Source: Candidatus Thorarchaeota archaeon
Lineage (GTDB): Archaea > Asgardarchaeota > Thorarchaeia > Thorarchaeales > Thorarchaeaceae
Length of the DNA: 32,000 nt
Direction of reading: 5' to 3'
Assembly: GCA_003345555.1 (NCBI GenBank)
Contig: PRDJ01000010.1
Span: forward strand, 30,001-62,000
Shown here in pieces: positions 9,838 through 18,577 of the stretch (position 1 is its first letter; each line of letters begins with the position of its first letter). Both the position numbers and the translations under genes were made by a program. The notes beneath the pieces are model-generated. The model ran no database searches and had not been told where the DNA came from. It saw nothing but the letters and a program-made list of their open reading frames with translations.

Positions 9838-10554
9838 ATGCGAGAGCGACTGGTCGCCGTCAGAGCATCTGTTGCTGACATAATAAATGGCACATATAGC
9901 GAAGACGATGGGCCCAAGATTGTGTCTCCATTGGGGGTCGAGCTAAGACGTGTGGTGCTTGTTGGAGTCGTCGTAGATCGCTACTCTGGCCAAGGGAACT
10001 TCGCGAGCGTGACGCTTGATGACGGAACAGAGACCATCCGGGCGAAGGCTTGGGGTGCTGAGTCTACATCGCTGGAGGCAGTTGTACTCAACACACTTGT
10101 TATGATTATAGGGAAGGTTCGGCAGTATGACAACGAGGTCTACGTAGCTCCTGAGATTGTCCGTGAGTTGACGGATCCGAACTATCTCACACTTCACAAC
10201 CTTGAACGCCTCAGGGCTATGATTACTCGCAGCGGGATATCCACCGCCGAGACGAGCCTAGCCGAAGAAGACGTGATAGGCACTACTGTCTCTGTTGAAG
10301 CACGTCCTGCTGCAACCGCTTCTGAGGTTTCGGCTTCGGTTGAAGATACTTCCTCTGAACTAAGGCCGAAGCAGATTCTTCAATTCATACAGAAGCATGC
10401 GAAGTCCGATGGCGTGCCGATTGAGGACATTGTTGCCTTCTTTGAGAAGAAGGGCCACTCCAAGTCTCAAATCCAGCTAAAGGTGATTGACTTGCAGGGG
10501 GAAGAGAGAATCAGAGAAGTGAAGGTCGGGCGCTACGTCTTGACGGATACGTAA
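9838..10554 (+). CDS. RPA32/RPA2-like OB-fold ssDNA-binding subunit with C-terminal winged helix
   Basis: OB fold (RVVLVGVVV, VTLDDGTETIRAKAW, VMIIGKVRQY, VAPEIVR), low-complexity Ala/Ser/Glu linker, C-terminal wH-like segment (ILQFIQKH...GVPIEDI...IREVKVGRY). Confidence 0.78.
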   Translation: MRERLVAVRASVADIINGTYSEDDGPKIVSPLGVELRRVVLVGVVVDRYSGQGNFASVTLDDGTETIRAKAWGAESTSLEAVVLNTLVMIIGKVRQYDNEVYVAPEIVRELTDPNYLTLHNLERLRAMITRSGISTAETSLAEEDVIGTTVSVEARPAATASEVSASVEDTSSELRPKQILQFIQKHAKSDGVPIEDIVAFFEKKGHSKSQIQLKVIDLQGEERIREVKVGRYVLTDT

Positions 10555-10643
10555 CCGTGGCTGGATTCATATCTCCCCGAGTTGAATGTGGTCCGTGTTG
10601 TTCTAACAGAAGATTCAATAGAGCAAGGGTTGTCGACACGAAC

Positions 10644-11057
10644 ATGGACGACTACGAGAAGATGCTCCAGCGAGCTAGGTCTCAAGTACCTGCTGATGCC
10701 TTCAAGCGCTCAGGAGAGCGTTTTCAGGTCCCGAAGGTTCAGCTGATGGTACAGGGAAACAGGAGTATCTGGCAGAACTTCCACGAAATCGTAGAGGTCC
10801 TCAATAGGCCGGGAAAAGAGGTCCTCAAGTACATCTCCGGACAACTTGCGACGGCTGGCGGTTTCGAAGGCAGCAACGCTGTCTTTCAGGGCAAGTTCAC
10901 TGCTGACGCGGTGGACGACGTCCTAGCTCATTATGTTGACTACTATGTGATATGCCCGGTCTGTGGACGCCCCGATACAACCGAAGTGAGGGACGAAAGC
11001 GCCTATTGGCTGAACTGCTCTGCATGTGGAGCGAGGACTTCAATCCGGCCGGTCTAG
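10644..11057 (+). CDS. eif2b: Translation initiation factor aIF2 beta subunit
   Basis: YEKMLQRA, RFQVP, NFHEIVEVLNRP, YVICPVCGRPDT, CSACGA. ATG 10644 preferred over GTG 10557. Confidence 0.95.
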   Translation: MDDYEKMLQRARSQVPADAFKRSGERFQVPKVQLMVQGNRSIWQNFHEIVEVLNRPGKEVLKYISGQLATAGGFEGSNAVFQGKFTADAVDDVLAHYVDYYVICPVCGRPDTTEVRDESAYWLNCSACGARTSIRPV

Positions 11058-11108
11058 AGTGGGAGGTACACCACTGGGGTCTTGGGTCCAGACTTCTGGT
11101 CCACAATA

Positions 11109-11141
11109 CTTTATAGCCATCTCAGGCACTCAGTTCTGAGA
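11109..11141 (+). promoter_or_regulatory. TATA plus GCCATCTCAGG element and TCTCAG-N10-CTGAGA inverted repeat, promoter of DUF424/NMD3
   Basis: CTTTATAGCCATCTCAGGCACTC, 18/23 identical to 12891-12913. Confidence 0.5.
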
Positions 11142-11243
11142 CCGCCGACATTGCTGTGAGCGTAATCGAGAGTCTCACTGGTGTCCAACAGTCTTGAGTG
11201 TTCACAAACGTTTCCAAGCAATTCAATCGTTGAGGGTCACACA

Positions 11244-11543
11244 TTGGCATCTGTCTATATGCGTGTGCGAGAGACATCAGAGCATTATGTTGTTGCTATA
11301 TGCGACAAGGACCTGCTAGGTCGAACATTGGTAGAGGGCAAAATCAAGTTCAAGGTAAGCCAGGAGTTCTATGGTGGAGAGCTTGTCGAGATAGGCACAT
11401 GTCTTCAGCATCTCAAGAAAGCCACGATTGCGAATATGATTGGCAGTGAGACGGTGAAGGCTGCCATTGACGCAGGAATAGTCCACAAGCAGGCTGTGAT
11501 ATATATTGACGGCCACCCTCATGCACAATGGGTCCGGCTGTAG
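11244..11543 (+). CDS. DUF424 family protein
   Basis: VVAICDKDLLGRTL, VSQEFYGGE, ATIANMIG, IDGHPHAQ; typical neighbour of aIF2beta and NMD3. TTG 11244 (alternative ATG 11259). Confidence 0.88.
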   Translation: MASVYMRVRETSEHYVVAICDKDLLGRTLVEGKIKFKVSQEFYGGELVEIGTCLQHLKKATIANMIGSETVKAAIDAGIVHKQAVIYIDGHPHAQWVRL

Positions 11544-11656
11544 GGGTCTGCGGTGGCTCGCTCCCGTCACCACGACTTGAATGCACGCTCCTGTTGCCGG
11601 TTGTTATGGAACAATCCTCCACATTTTAAGTGCAAGATGATGTAAGACGTTGGGTG

Positions 11657-12769
11657 ATGGTGTTGGCGGCTCCCTGCTATATCTGCGGCAAGCCTGCAGT
11701 ACTTGATGGTCTCTGTGCCGAGTGCTACGATGGCGCACATCCGCTGGTCCACGTAGCGTCACCCTTGGAAATTCAGACGTGCAAACGATGCGGCTCCGTT
11801 AAGGTGCCTGGCGGGTGGAAGACGATTATACTCTCCTCCTCTGAGGCTGACGAGCTTGTAAAGCGGCAAATCGACAGGCTCCTTTCCCAGCAGGTCGAGC
11901 GCATGGTCAAGACCGCTGAGGTCTCATACGAGATTGAGAACAGGCTGGACAGAGTTGTACACATCCGCCTGAAAGCAGTCGGTCAGTCCCATCCTGCATT
12001 AGCACCGCATGAGGAGGAGTATCCTGTTGAGGTGCGTCTAAGCTATTCTACGTGCGACACCTGTGGCATGATCAGTGGTGGCTACCATGAGGCAATCCTT
12101 CAGATCCGGGCCGATGGTCGGGATGTCACAGAGGCGGAGGAGCAAGAGATGCTTGACATTGTCACACGAATAGCAGCGAAGGAATATGGTCGCGATTCGA
12201 AGGCTTATGCCACTGAGCGAGACAAAACGCGGAAGGGATTTGACCTCGAACTAGGTTCGGAACATATGTGCCGGCTTGTTGCAGACGAAATCCAGTCTGC
12301 ATACCTGGCCGAGAGAAAAGAGAACTACAAGCTGGTCGGCCAAGAAAAGGGGGGAAAGAGGAAGTATCGGGTAACAATACTCCTCAGGCTACCTAGATGG
12401 ACAGTTGGCGACTTCGTGAAGGTTGGAGACAAACCATGTCAAGTAGTCGCTGTTGGCAAGGGAAGCCTAACGTGTCATGATCTTGCCACAGGCGAGAGGT
12501 TCACGATTACGCCCAAGAGCTCAAGTTGGCGCCTACTGGCTTTCGCCGCTCCCGAATCCGATAAGCGTCAATATCAAGTTCTGTCTAGAGCATACGGACA
12601 GCCTGCCCAGCTGATGGACGCAAGGACTTTCGAAATGACCGACATCAATCAGGAGCAACTGGATCCTGATTTAGTCCCGGGTGAGACCGCCTTCTTCATT
12701 ATCATAGACAACAAGCTTTACGCTTTGCCCAAGGACCACTCCTTGTCTCCTCCTGCGAGTTCGGAATAG
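11657..12769 (+). CDS. nmd3: NMD3 family large-subunit ribosome biogenesis factor
   Basis: Four CxxC pairs (CYIC, CAEC, CKRC, CDTC), GGYHEAILQIR, plus a C-terminal SH3/OB-like extension. Start uncertain (11630-11663). Confidence 0.9.
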   Translation: MVLAAPCYICGKPAVLDGLCAECYDGAHPLVHVASPLEIQTCKRCGSVKVPGGWKTIILSSSEADELVKRQIDRLLSQQVERMVKTAEVSYEIENRLDRVVHIRLKAVGQSHPALAPHEEEYPVEVRLSYSTCDTCGMISGGYHEAILQIRADGRDVTEAEEQEMLDIVTRIAAKEYGRDSKAYATERDKTRKGFDLELGSEHMCRLVADEIQSAYLAERKENYKLVGQEKGGKRKYRVTILLRLPRWTVGDFVKVGDKPCQVVAVGKGSLTCHDLATGERFTITPKSSSWRLLAFAAPESDKRQYQVLSRAYGQPAQLMDARTFEMTDINQEQLDPDLVPGETAFFIIIDNKLYALPKDHSLSPPASSE

Positions 12770-12890
12770 TGGAATTGAGGGAACGCCGTTCATTAGTGAG
12801 GCATCTCCTTGACCATCGCCTTACAAGAGAGGCTACTGCGGGTCGAACGCAGAGTTACTGCATACTCATGGTTCGCAACGTGTCGGTACG

Positions 12891-12913
12891 CTTAAATGCC
12901 GTCTCAGGGACTC
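12891..12913 (+). promoter_or_regulatory. TATA plus GCCGTCTCAGG element, promoter of aIF1A-RIO1-KH
   Basis: CTTAAATGCCGTCTCAGGGACTC, 53 nt upstream of the aIF1A start. Confidence 0.5.
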
Positions 12914-12965
12914 GACGTAGAAGGCCCGAAGACCGTGTTGGCCGGCCGCAGAACGGAGGATTATC

Positions 12966-13298
12966 TTGTCCAAGGAACCGGGTGTGAAAACCGATGCGGA
13001 GTCCTCACCTGAAGAGCTCGTGAGAGTGAGGGTTCCAAAACGGAATGAAGGCGAGATGTTTGGAGTCATAGTCCAAATGCTCGGATTCGACAGGGTCCGG
13101 GTCAGATGTGAGGATGGAGAGGTCCGCGTCGGACGCATTCCCGGAAGGATGAAGAAGAGAGTCTGGATGAGGATAGGAGATACGGTATTAGTAGTACCTT
13201 GGGACTTCCAGTCAGACCAGAAATGCGACGTGATTTGGCGATACAAGGACAATGAACTCGACTGGTTGAAGAAACGCGGTATCCTCAAGATGTTCTAA
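12966..13298 (+). CDS. eif1a: Translation initiation factor aIF1A
   Basis: GVIVQMLG, VRCEDG, RIPGRMKKRVWMRIGDTVLVVPW, DVIWRY. TTG start after GGAGGA. Confidence 0.96.
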   Translation: MSKEPGVKTDAESSPEELVRVRVPKRNEGEMFGVIVQMLGFDRVRVRCEDGEVRVGRIPGRMKKRVWMRIGDTVLVVPWDFQSDQKCDVIWRYKDNELDWLKKRGILKMF

Positions 13299-13362
13299 TG
13301 TCAACTGCTTTTTGATGTGATAGCGTTCACTTTACGTCATCTGGCTTAACACCAGAGCATTC

Positions 13363-14181
13363 ATGCAGGGCTTGAAATTGAAGAGCATCGACACGAAATA
13401 CAAACAGATTGAGTCCGACATCGAACGCCGTAGAACGAAACGGCGGAAAGATGACGACGAGTTCAAGGTCGTAGAGGGCGTCATAGACCCTCCAACTCTC
13501 AAAGCCGTGTACAAACTGCTGAGTCGCGGCACTCTTCGCGCCCTCCACGGCGCAATCAGTACTGGCAAGGAAGCGAGCGTCTACCGCGGGGAGGACAGAG
13601 ATGGGCGATCCTTGGCAGTGAAGATATACAGAGTTACTACCGCTGAGTCGGATTTCATGCTTGATTACATCGTTGGCGATCCGCGTTTCAAGAATGTCCG
13701 GCGCAGACACCGGTCATTAATCCCTATGTGGGCGCTCAAGGAGTACAAAAATCTGCAACGGTACGACGAAGCAGGGGTTAGAGTGCCCAAGCCAATCGAC
13801 ATACAGAGAAATGTGTTGGTCATGGAATTCATTGGCGATGCTCAAGCCGGTGTAGCTGCCCCTCTCCTGAAGAACGTCACAGTTGTCTCCCCTGTAGATA
13901 CTTACGACGAGATAATAGAAATGATTGAGACGGGCTACAAGAAGGCCGGCTTGGTCCACGCTGACCTGAGCGAGTACAATATTCTGTGGCATAATGGGCC
14001 TGTGATAATCGATGTCTCGCAGGCTGTATTGACAAGTCACCCCAACGCGCAGCGATATCTCTACCGAGACCTTCAAAACATAACCAACTTCTTCAAGAAG
14101 ATAGGAATCGAACCTGAGGATCCTCAGGTAATAATGAAGGATATTCTATCCGCTGGTGGGCAGCACAATGGCGTTTCGTGA
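13363..14181 (+). CDS. rio1: RIO1 family serine kinase
   Basis: ISTGKEASVY, AVKIY, VHADLSEYNIL, IIDVSQAV. Confidence 0.95.
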   Translation: MQGLKLKSIDTKYKQIESDIERRRTKRRKDDDEFKVVEGVIDPPTLKAVYKLLSRGTLRALHGAISTGKEASVYRGEDRDGRSLAVKIYRVTTAESDFMLDYIVGDPRFKNVRRRHRSLIPMWALKEYKNLQRYDEAGVRVPKPIDIQRNVLVMEFIGDAQAGVAAPLLKNVTVVSPVDTYDEIIEMIETGYKKAGLVHADLSEYNILWHNGPVIIDVSQAVLTSHPNAQRYLYRDLQNITNFFKKIGIEPEDPQVIMKDILSAGGQHNGVS

Positions 14182-14734
14182 AACCATCAAGGTGCCGGTG
14201 GAAAGAATCGGCGTCATAGTAGGGCACGATGGTAGAGTCAAGAGCAGGGTTGAGGAGCTTACCAATGTTCAACTTGAAGTCACTCCGGATGGTGCGGTAA
14301 TAATCACAGCCGTACCGGATGCTGGTGACCCGGTTCTTGCTTGGAAAGCTCGTGATATTGTGCGGGCTATGGCTAGAGGTTTCAGTCCCAGTAACGCATT
14401 GACTCTGATTGACGAGGACTCAAGACTGCTCGTGATTTCCCTCCGCGACAGCGTTGGCACTTCGCCGGATCAGCTGAAGAGAGTTGCCGGCAGGATAATA
14501 GGAGAACGAGGTCGTACGAGGAGAGTCGTGGAGCAAATCACTGAAACCAAGATATCGGTGTATGGTCACACAGTGTCTATAATTGGAACTGACCCCGGTA
14601 TCGAGTATGCCGCGCGAGCTGTCAACATGCTGATTGAAGGATTGCCACATGCCAACGTGTACAAATACCTAGAAAGCATGCGAAGGTCCATGAATCGAGA
14701 GAGAACTGAGATATGGGAGACTTCACAGGAGTAG
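14168..14734 (+). CDS. KH-domain RNA-processing protein (Dim2/Pno1/Krr1 family)
   Basis: RIGVIVG and GRIIGERG GxxG loops, ARGFSP, KISVYGHTVSIIG. Overlaps the rio1 stop. Confidence 0.92.
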   Translation: MAFRETIKVPVERIGVIVGHDGRVKSRVEELTNVQLEVTPDGAVIITAVPDAGDPVLAWKARDIVRAMARGFSPSNALTLIDEDSRLLVISLRDSVGTSPDQLKRVAGRIIGERGRTRRVVEQITETKISVYGHTVSIIGTDPGIEYAARAVNMLIEGLPHANVYKYLESMRRSMNRERTEIWETSQE

Positions 14735-14797
14735 AGTCGTGCCTCCTGTAATACCGGCTCTAATAAGACAAACCAACGCTTCCTCGATGCGAGCAGC

Positions 14798-16321
14798 ATG
14801 AGTGAAGAGGTGCAGTTGGCGGCCGTCTTCAATAGTATATCTCCTGCAGAGTTCTTCTACAGAAACCGCCATATGGCCGGCTTTGGGAACGCCACATTGG
14901 CCGTCTACTCGACAGTGCGGGAGCTCGTGGAGAATAGCCTCGATGCCTGCGAAGATTCAGGACGCTTGCCGTTCATTATCGTTGACTTGGTTGATGAATC
15001 TCATGATTTTGTTTCAGTTACCGTTGCTGACAACGGAACTGGAATTCCCTACCAACATGTATCCGAATCTTTTGGAAAAATGCTATTCGGAAGTAAATAT
15101 GACACTCGCCAGAAGCGTGGAACCTTTGGACTCGGCGCTACAATGGCAGTACTCTACGGACAGATTACGACAGAGCATGCGGTAGAGGTGCACACTCAGA
15201 CTGGGACTTCCGGAGGCCATGCATACCGACTCCTGATTGACATAGAGCACAATGTACCTATTGTGGAGTCGGATAGCACTCTGGATCGAGATGGCCCGGG
15301 GACCACTGTGACAATACACATCAAGGGCGATCTCAAACGTGCTCAAGACAGGATTCTTGAATATCTGCGCATGACAACGATTGTCACTCCACACGCTAAG
15401 GTCTTACTCAGGATAAATCGCATCGCAACAGCTACGTTGGGACGCTGGACAGAACAGCTGCCGTCTGTTCCCGTTGTGTCAAAGCCGCATCCACGAGCTG
15501 CTGACCTTGAGATGCTCAAGAGGTTGATTGCAGAGAATAAACAGAAGTCAGTGAGGAGTATTCTGGTCGAATCATTCCAGCAGGTTGGTGACCACACCGC
15601 TGCTAGGCTGCTAAGGCACGCAGCACTCGACTCACGAAAAGTCGGCTGGTCTCTCAGTCGTGAGGAGATCTCACGACTTAGCGCGGCTCTGAAGAGCTTC
15701 GACGGGTTCGCACGTCCGGACGGCTCATGCCTGAGTCCTGTGGGTAGAGACTCATTCCTGACATCAGTGAAATCCGTGTTTCCGGTCTCATTCTGCAGTT
15801 ATGGGCGGAGAGGGCCGTCGGAATGGGAAGGTAACCCGTTTGTTGTTGAGGGGGTTCTAGCTTCAGGCGACAGCGTCGACGAGTCAGATGTTCCCGTTCT
15901 CTACAGGTTTGCGAACAAGGTCCCTCTTCTGTACGATGCAAGCGACGATGTTTTCATGAAGGTTCTGAAGAAGATTGACTGGTCCAAGTATTGCGTACGT
16001 GGTGCTCGCCAAGTCTATGTCTTTGTTCATCTGTCTTCAACGAGAATACCATACAGGGCCGCTGGAAAACAATCGATCGCGCTCGTACCTGAAATTGAGG
16101 CCGAAGCGCTTACTCTGCTCAGAGGTCTTGCTAGGGAATTGGGCAAATCTGCAAGGGAATTGGGTCACCGAGGCCGCAGCGTGAAGAAGATGCATGAGTT
16201 CGCGAAATCGTTCAGATTGATAGCGAAGTTTGGCGCTTCTCTTGCAGAGTCTGACATTCCACCCACTGAACGTCTGATATCGGGTTTATTTGAGGGGAGT
16301 GATAATGGTCGAGTCGACTAA
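14798..16321 (+). CDS. top6B: DNA topoisomerase VI subunit B
   Basis: ISPAEFFYRN, GHKL motifs ELVENSLDA, DNGTGI, RGTFGLG, GTTV; transducer RFANKVPLLYD. Confidence 0.96.
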   Translation: MSEEVQLAAVFNSISPAEFFYRNRHMAGFGNATLAVYSTVRELVENSLDACEDSGRLPFIIVDLVDESHDFVSVTVADNGTGIPYQHVSESFGKMLFGSKYDTRQKRGTFGLGATMAVLYGQITTEHAVEVHTQTGTSGGHAYRLLIDIEHNVPIVESDSTLDRDGPGTTVTIHIKGDLKRAQDRILEYLRMTTIVTPHAKVLLRINRIATATLGRWTEQLPSVPVVSKPHPRAADLEMLKRLIAENKQKSVRSILVESFQQVGDHTAARLLRHAALDSRKVGWSLSREEISRLSAALKSFDGFARPDGSCLSPVGRDSFLTSVKSVFPVSFCSYGRRGPSEWEGNPFVVEGVLASGDSVDESDVPVLYRFANKVPLLYDASDDVFMKVLKKIDWSKYCVRGARQVYVFVHLSSTRIPYRAAGKQSIALVPEIEAEALTLLRGLARELGKSARELGHRGRSVKKMHEFAKSFRLIAKFGASLAESDIPPTERLISGLFEGSDNGRVD

Positions 16322-17357
16322 TACTCGTGATATCCTTGTTCAGTTAGGAAAGAAGGTTGTCCAGAGTATTCTGAATGAGGAGTTTCCCCGCCTCGAGATA
16401 CCTGATCGAAGTACCGACAACATAGTTTTCGACCCAGAACAGGGGCAATTTGTCCTCGGTACCACCCGTGTAATGCGAGATTCCAGCAAAATAAGGCATG
16501 TCAAGAGCTTTGCGCAATTGGTCTGGGTCGCCTCGTTCGCGAAGGACCTCTTAGATGCCTCACGGACCAGTTCACTTAGAGATCTTTACTACTCAAGCGA
16601 AGCGTTCGGTGTCAAGTTCGTTGACCAAGCCGAATCCGACCGTATCGTGGCCGACCTTGAGTCTCTGAGCGGGATGGCCCGCGAAGATTTCGGGGTCTTT
16701 CCAGAGGAGCATTCATCAGTATATGGCCAAGTGACGATGCGCTACACAGTGCCCGGGTATCTCGGGCGCGAAGTGGATCTCACTGTGAGTCCAGATGGCC
16801 TGCCAATAGGACCTGCTTTGATGACAGCTGAGCCTGTGAAGTCCAACGCAGAGATTGTGCTTGCTGTTGAGTGTGGAGGTATGTTTGCCAGACTTATCGA
16901 GACGAGGGCTTGGGAGCGGTTCAAAGCAGTGCTAATTCATCTTGGCGGGCAGCCCCCGCGTTCAACACGGCGATTAATGCGTCTGCTTCATGACAGGTTG
17001 GATTTGCCGGTCTACATTTTCACTGATGGAGACCCTTGGGGTATGCATATCGCACAAGTCATCATTACCGGAAGTGCAAACGCGGCTCACATCAGGGGGC
17101 TCACGATTCCTGATGCTAGATGGATTGGTGTCACGCCGGAAGACATCGTTGAGTATTCACTGCCATGCGATTCAATGAATGACGCCGATATTAAGCGACT
17201 GGACGAGTTGGCTCTCGACTCTAGGTACACGGGACCTGAATGGCAACAGCACATTAGTGGCTTCAAAGATCTGCGAAGAAAAGCAGAGCAGCAAGCTTTC
17301 AGCAGATATGGCATGGACTACGTGGTCGACACCTACCTGGCTGACAAGCTCGCCTAG
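16305..17357 (+). CDS. top6A: DNA topoisomerase VI subunit A
   Basis: SLRDLYY (catalytic Tyr), TOPRIM VE..GMF, FTDGDPWG, KAEQQA. ATG 16305 after GAGGGGAGTGA. Confidence 0.96.
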   Translation: MVESTNTRDILVQLGKKVVQSILNEEFPRLEIPDRSTDNIVFDPEQGQFVLGTTRVMRDSSKIRHVKSFAQLVWVASFAKDLLDASRTSSLRDLYYSSEAFGVKFVDQAESDRIVADLESLSGMAREDFGVFPEEHSSVYGQVTMRYTVPGYLGREVDLTVSPDGLPIGPALMTAEPVKSNAEIVLAVECGGMFARLIETRAWERFKAVLIHLGGQPPRSTRRLMRLLHDRLDLPVYIFTDGDPWGMHIAQVIITGSANAAHIRGLTIPDARWIGVTPEDIVEYSLPCDSMNDADIKRLDELALDSRYTGPEWQQHISGFKDLRRKAEQQAFSRYGMDYVVDTYLADKLA

Positions 17358-18391
17358 AGCCAACCTATTCCTAACGGGTGCGCCAACAGAAGAAGGAACA
17401 CACCAGTATAGGCAACCAGAATCTGAAGCAAAATCAGCAGCTTGACGTTCTTCTTCTCAGTCATTCTCTTTGACAGGTACGGCAGAATCCAGTACATCGT
17501 GTACGGTCCGGCAACTTCGAGAGTTCCATCCTGACGAGGAGCGGCGAACTTTGCATATCCGGCACCCGAGCGTCTGACATGTAATCTGTAGAAGATGTAG
17601 AGTAGGAAGTTTATGAAGTACGTGCTGAAAAGTATCACTGCGAGTCGGTCCATGTTTCCTAGAATCAGCGCAGTGGCTAGGGTCGCACCCAAAGGCAGGT
17701 TTCCGACGTCACCTGACAGAATCTTAGCGGGATATCTATTGAAGAAAAGGAATGCAAGTGATGCGCCAAACAAGGCCGCTGCCACCGTAGCGGCATTTGT
17801 TCCTGCATCTGTGATATTCTCTCCAGAGAAAAACGGGGTGAGTATGACATAGACCACAACTGCCGAGGAATTAACGCTTGCAAGTCCGGCTTCCAAACCA
17901 TTCATGCCAGCATACATATTGGTTGCATCGATTATGAACGTCATGAAGAGCGGCACGACTACCAGAGGATACAGCACGCCTAGATTCACTGTTCCAATCA
18001 AAGGAAGTGAGAAAGTGGGAATTCCAGTGGCCATTGCTACCATCGGGATAGAGGCAAGCATAGGCAGCACTATCTTTGTCCTGTTCCTGAAATCCAGATT
18101 GTCATCGAGGACTCCTATCATGCCCGCCATAAGAATGGACACGAGGGCAGCGAGAAGAGACGGGTCTACCACGTTTTCTTCTTGGAACGTAGTAATGCCT
18201 ACTACCACTAACAGACTGGTTACGATTGCAAAGAGGATAACGACCCCTCCTCCCTTCGGGATCTCTGGCCTACTCGGTTTATGGACATCGGTTCCAGTCC
18301 ATCCCTTATCTGTAAACATCCTTATCGCCTTGGGCGTAACTGCCAGTACGATCAGGAAGGAGACCATAAGAGCAATGAGGATCATGAGCAT
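17354..18391 (-). CDS. UDP-GlcNAc:dolichyl-phosphate GlcNAc-1-phosphotransferase (DPAGT1/Alg7/AglH-like, MraY family)
   Basis: DVHKP..PEIPKGGG, GVLDD, NMYAGMNGLEAG, FNRYPAKILSGDVG; polytopic membrane protein. Start ATG 18391 or TTG 18397. Confidence 0.88.
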   Translation of the reverse strand: MLMILIALMVSFLIVLAVTPKAIRMFTDKGWTGTDVHKPSRPEIPKGGGVVILFAIVTSLLVVVGITTFQEENVVDPSLLAALVSILMAGMIGVLDDNLDFRNRTKIVLPMLASIPMVAMATGIPTFSLPLIGTVNLGVLYPLVVVPLFMTFIIDATNMYAGMNGLEAGLASVNSSAVVVYVILTPFFSGENITDAGTNAATVAAALFGASLAFLFFNRYPAKILSGDVGNLPLGATLATALILGNMDRLAVILFSTYFINFLLYIFYRLHVRRSGAGYAKFAAPRQDGTLEVAGPYTMYWILPYLSKRMTEKKNVKLLILLQILVAYTGVFLLLLAHPLGIGWL

Positions 18392-18466
18392 GTACAAACC
18401 CTCGATGGAGGGGTGGCCACTTGTCCTGTTATTACACTTTTCGGACCATGCTTATCAAAGTACAAC

Positions 18467-18482
18467 TTTCGTATCTACGAAA
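18467..18482. promoter_or_regulatory. Inverted repeat TTTCGTA-TC-TACGAAA between divergent promoters
   Basis: Perfect 7-bp arms, flanked by TATA-like GCTTATCAAA (minus strand) and TATTTAA (plus strand). Confidence 0.4.
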
Positions 18483-18577
18483 CGTATTTAACGAATTCAG
18501 AAGCTCGACCGAATCGTTTGCGACAAGCCGGGCCAGATACGACCTGTCGCTGACAATTCAACCCACGGTGACAAGTC

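Noticed and set aside
10557-10643. N-terminal extension of aIF2beta
   Set aside because: No similarity to eukaryotic Lys-box extensions; conserved sequence begins at ATG 10644.
12769-12987. 72-aa ORF between nmd3 and aIF1A
   Set aside because: It runs through the aIF1A promoter and SD; no recognisable protein features.
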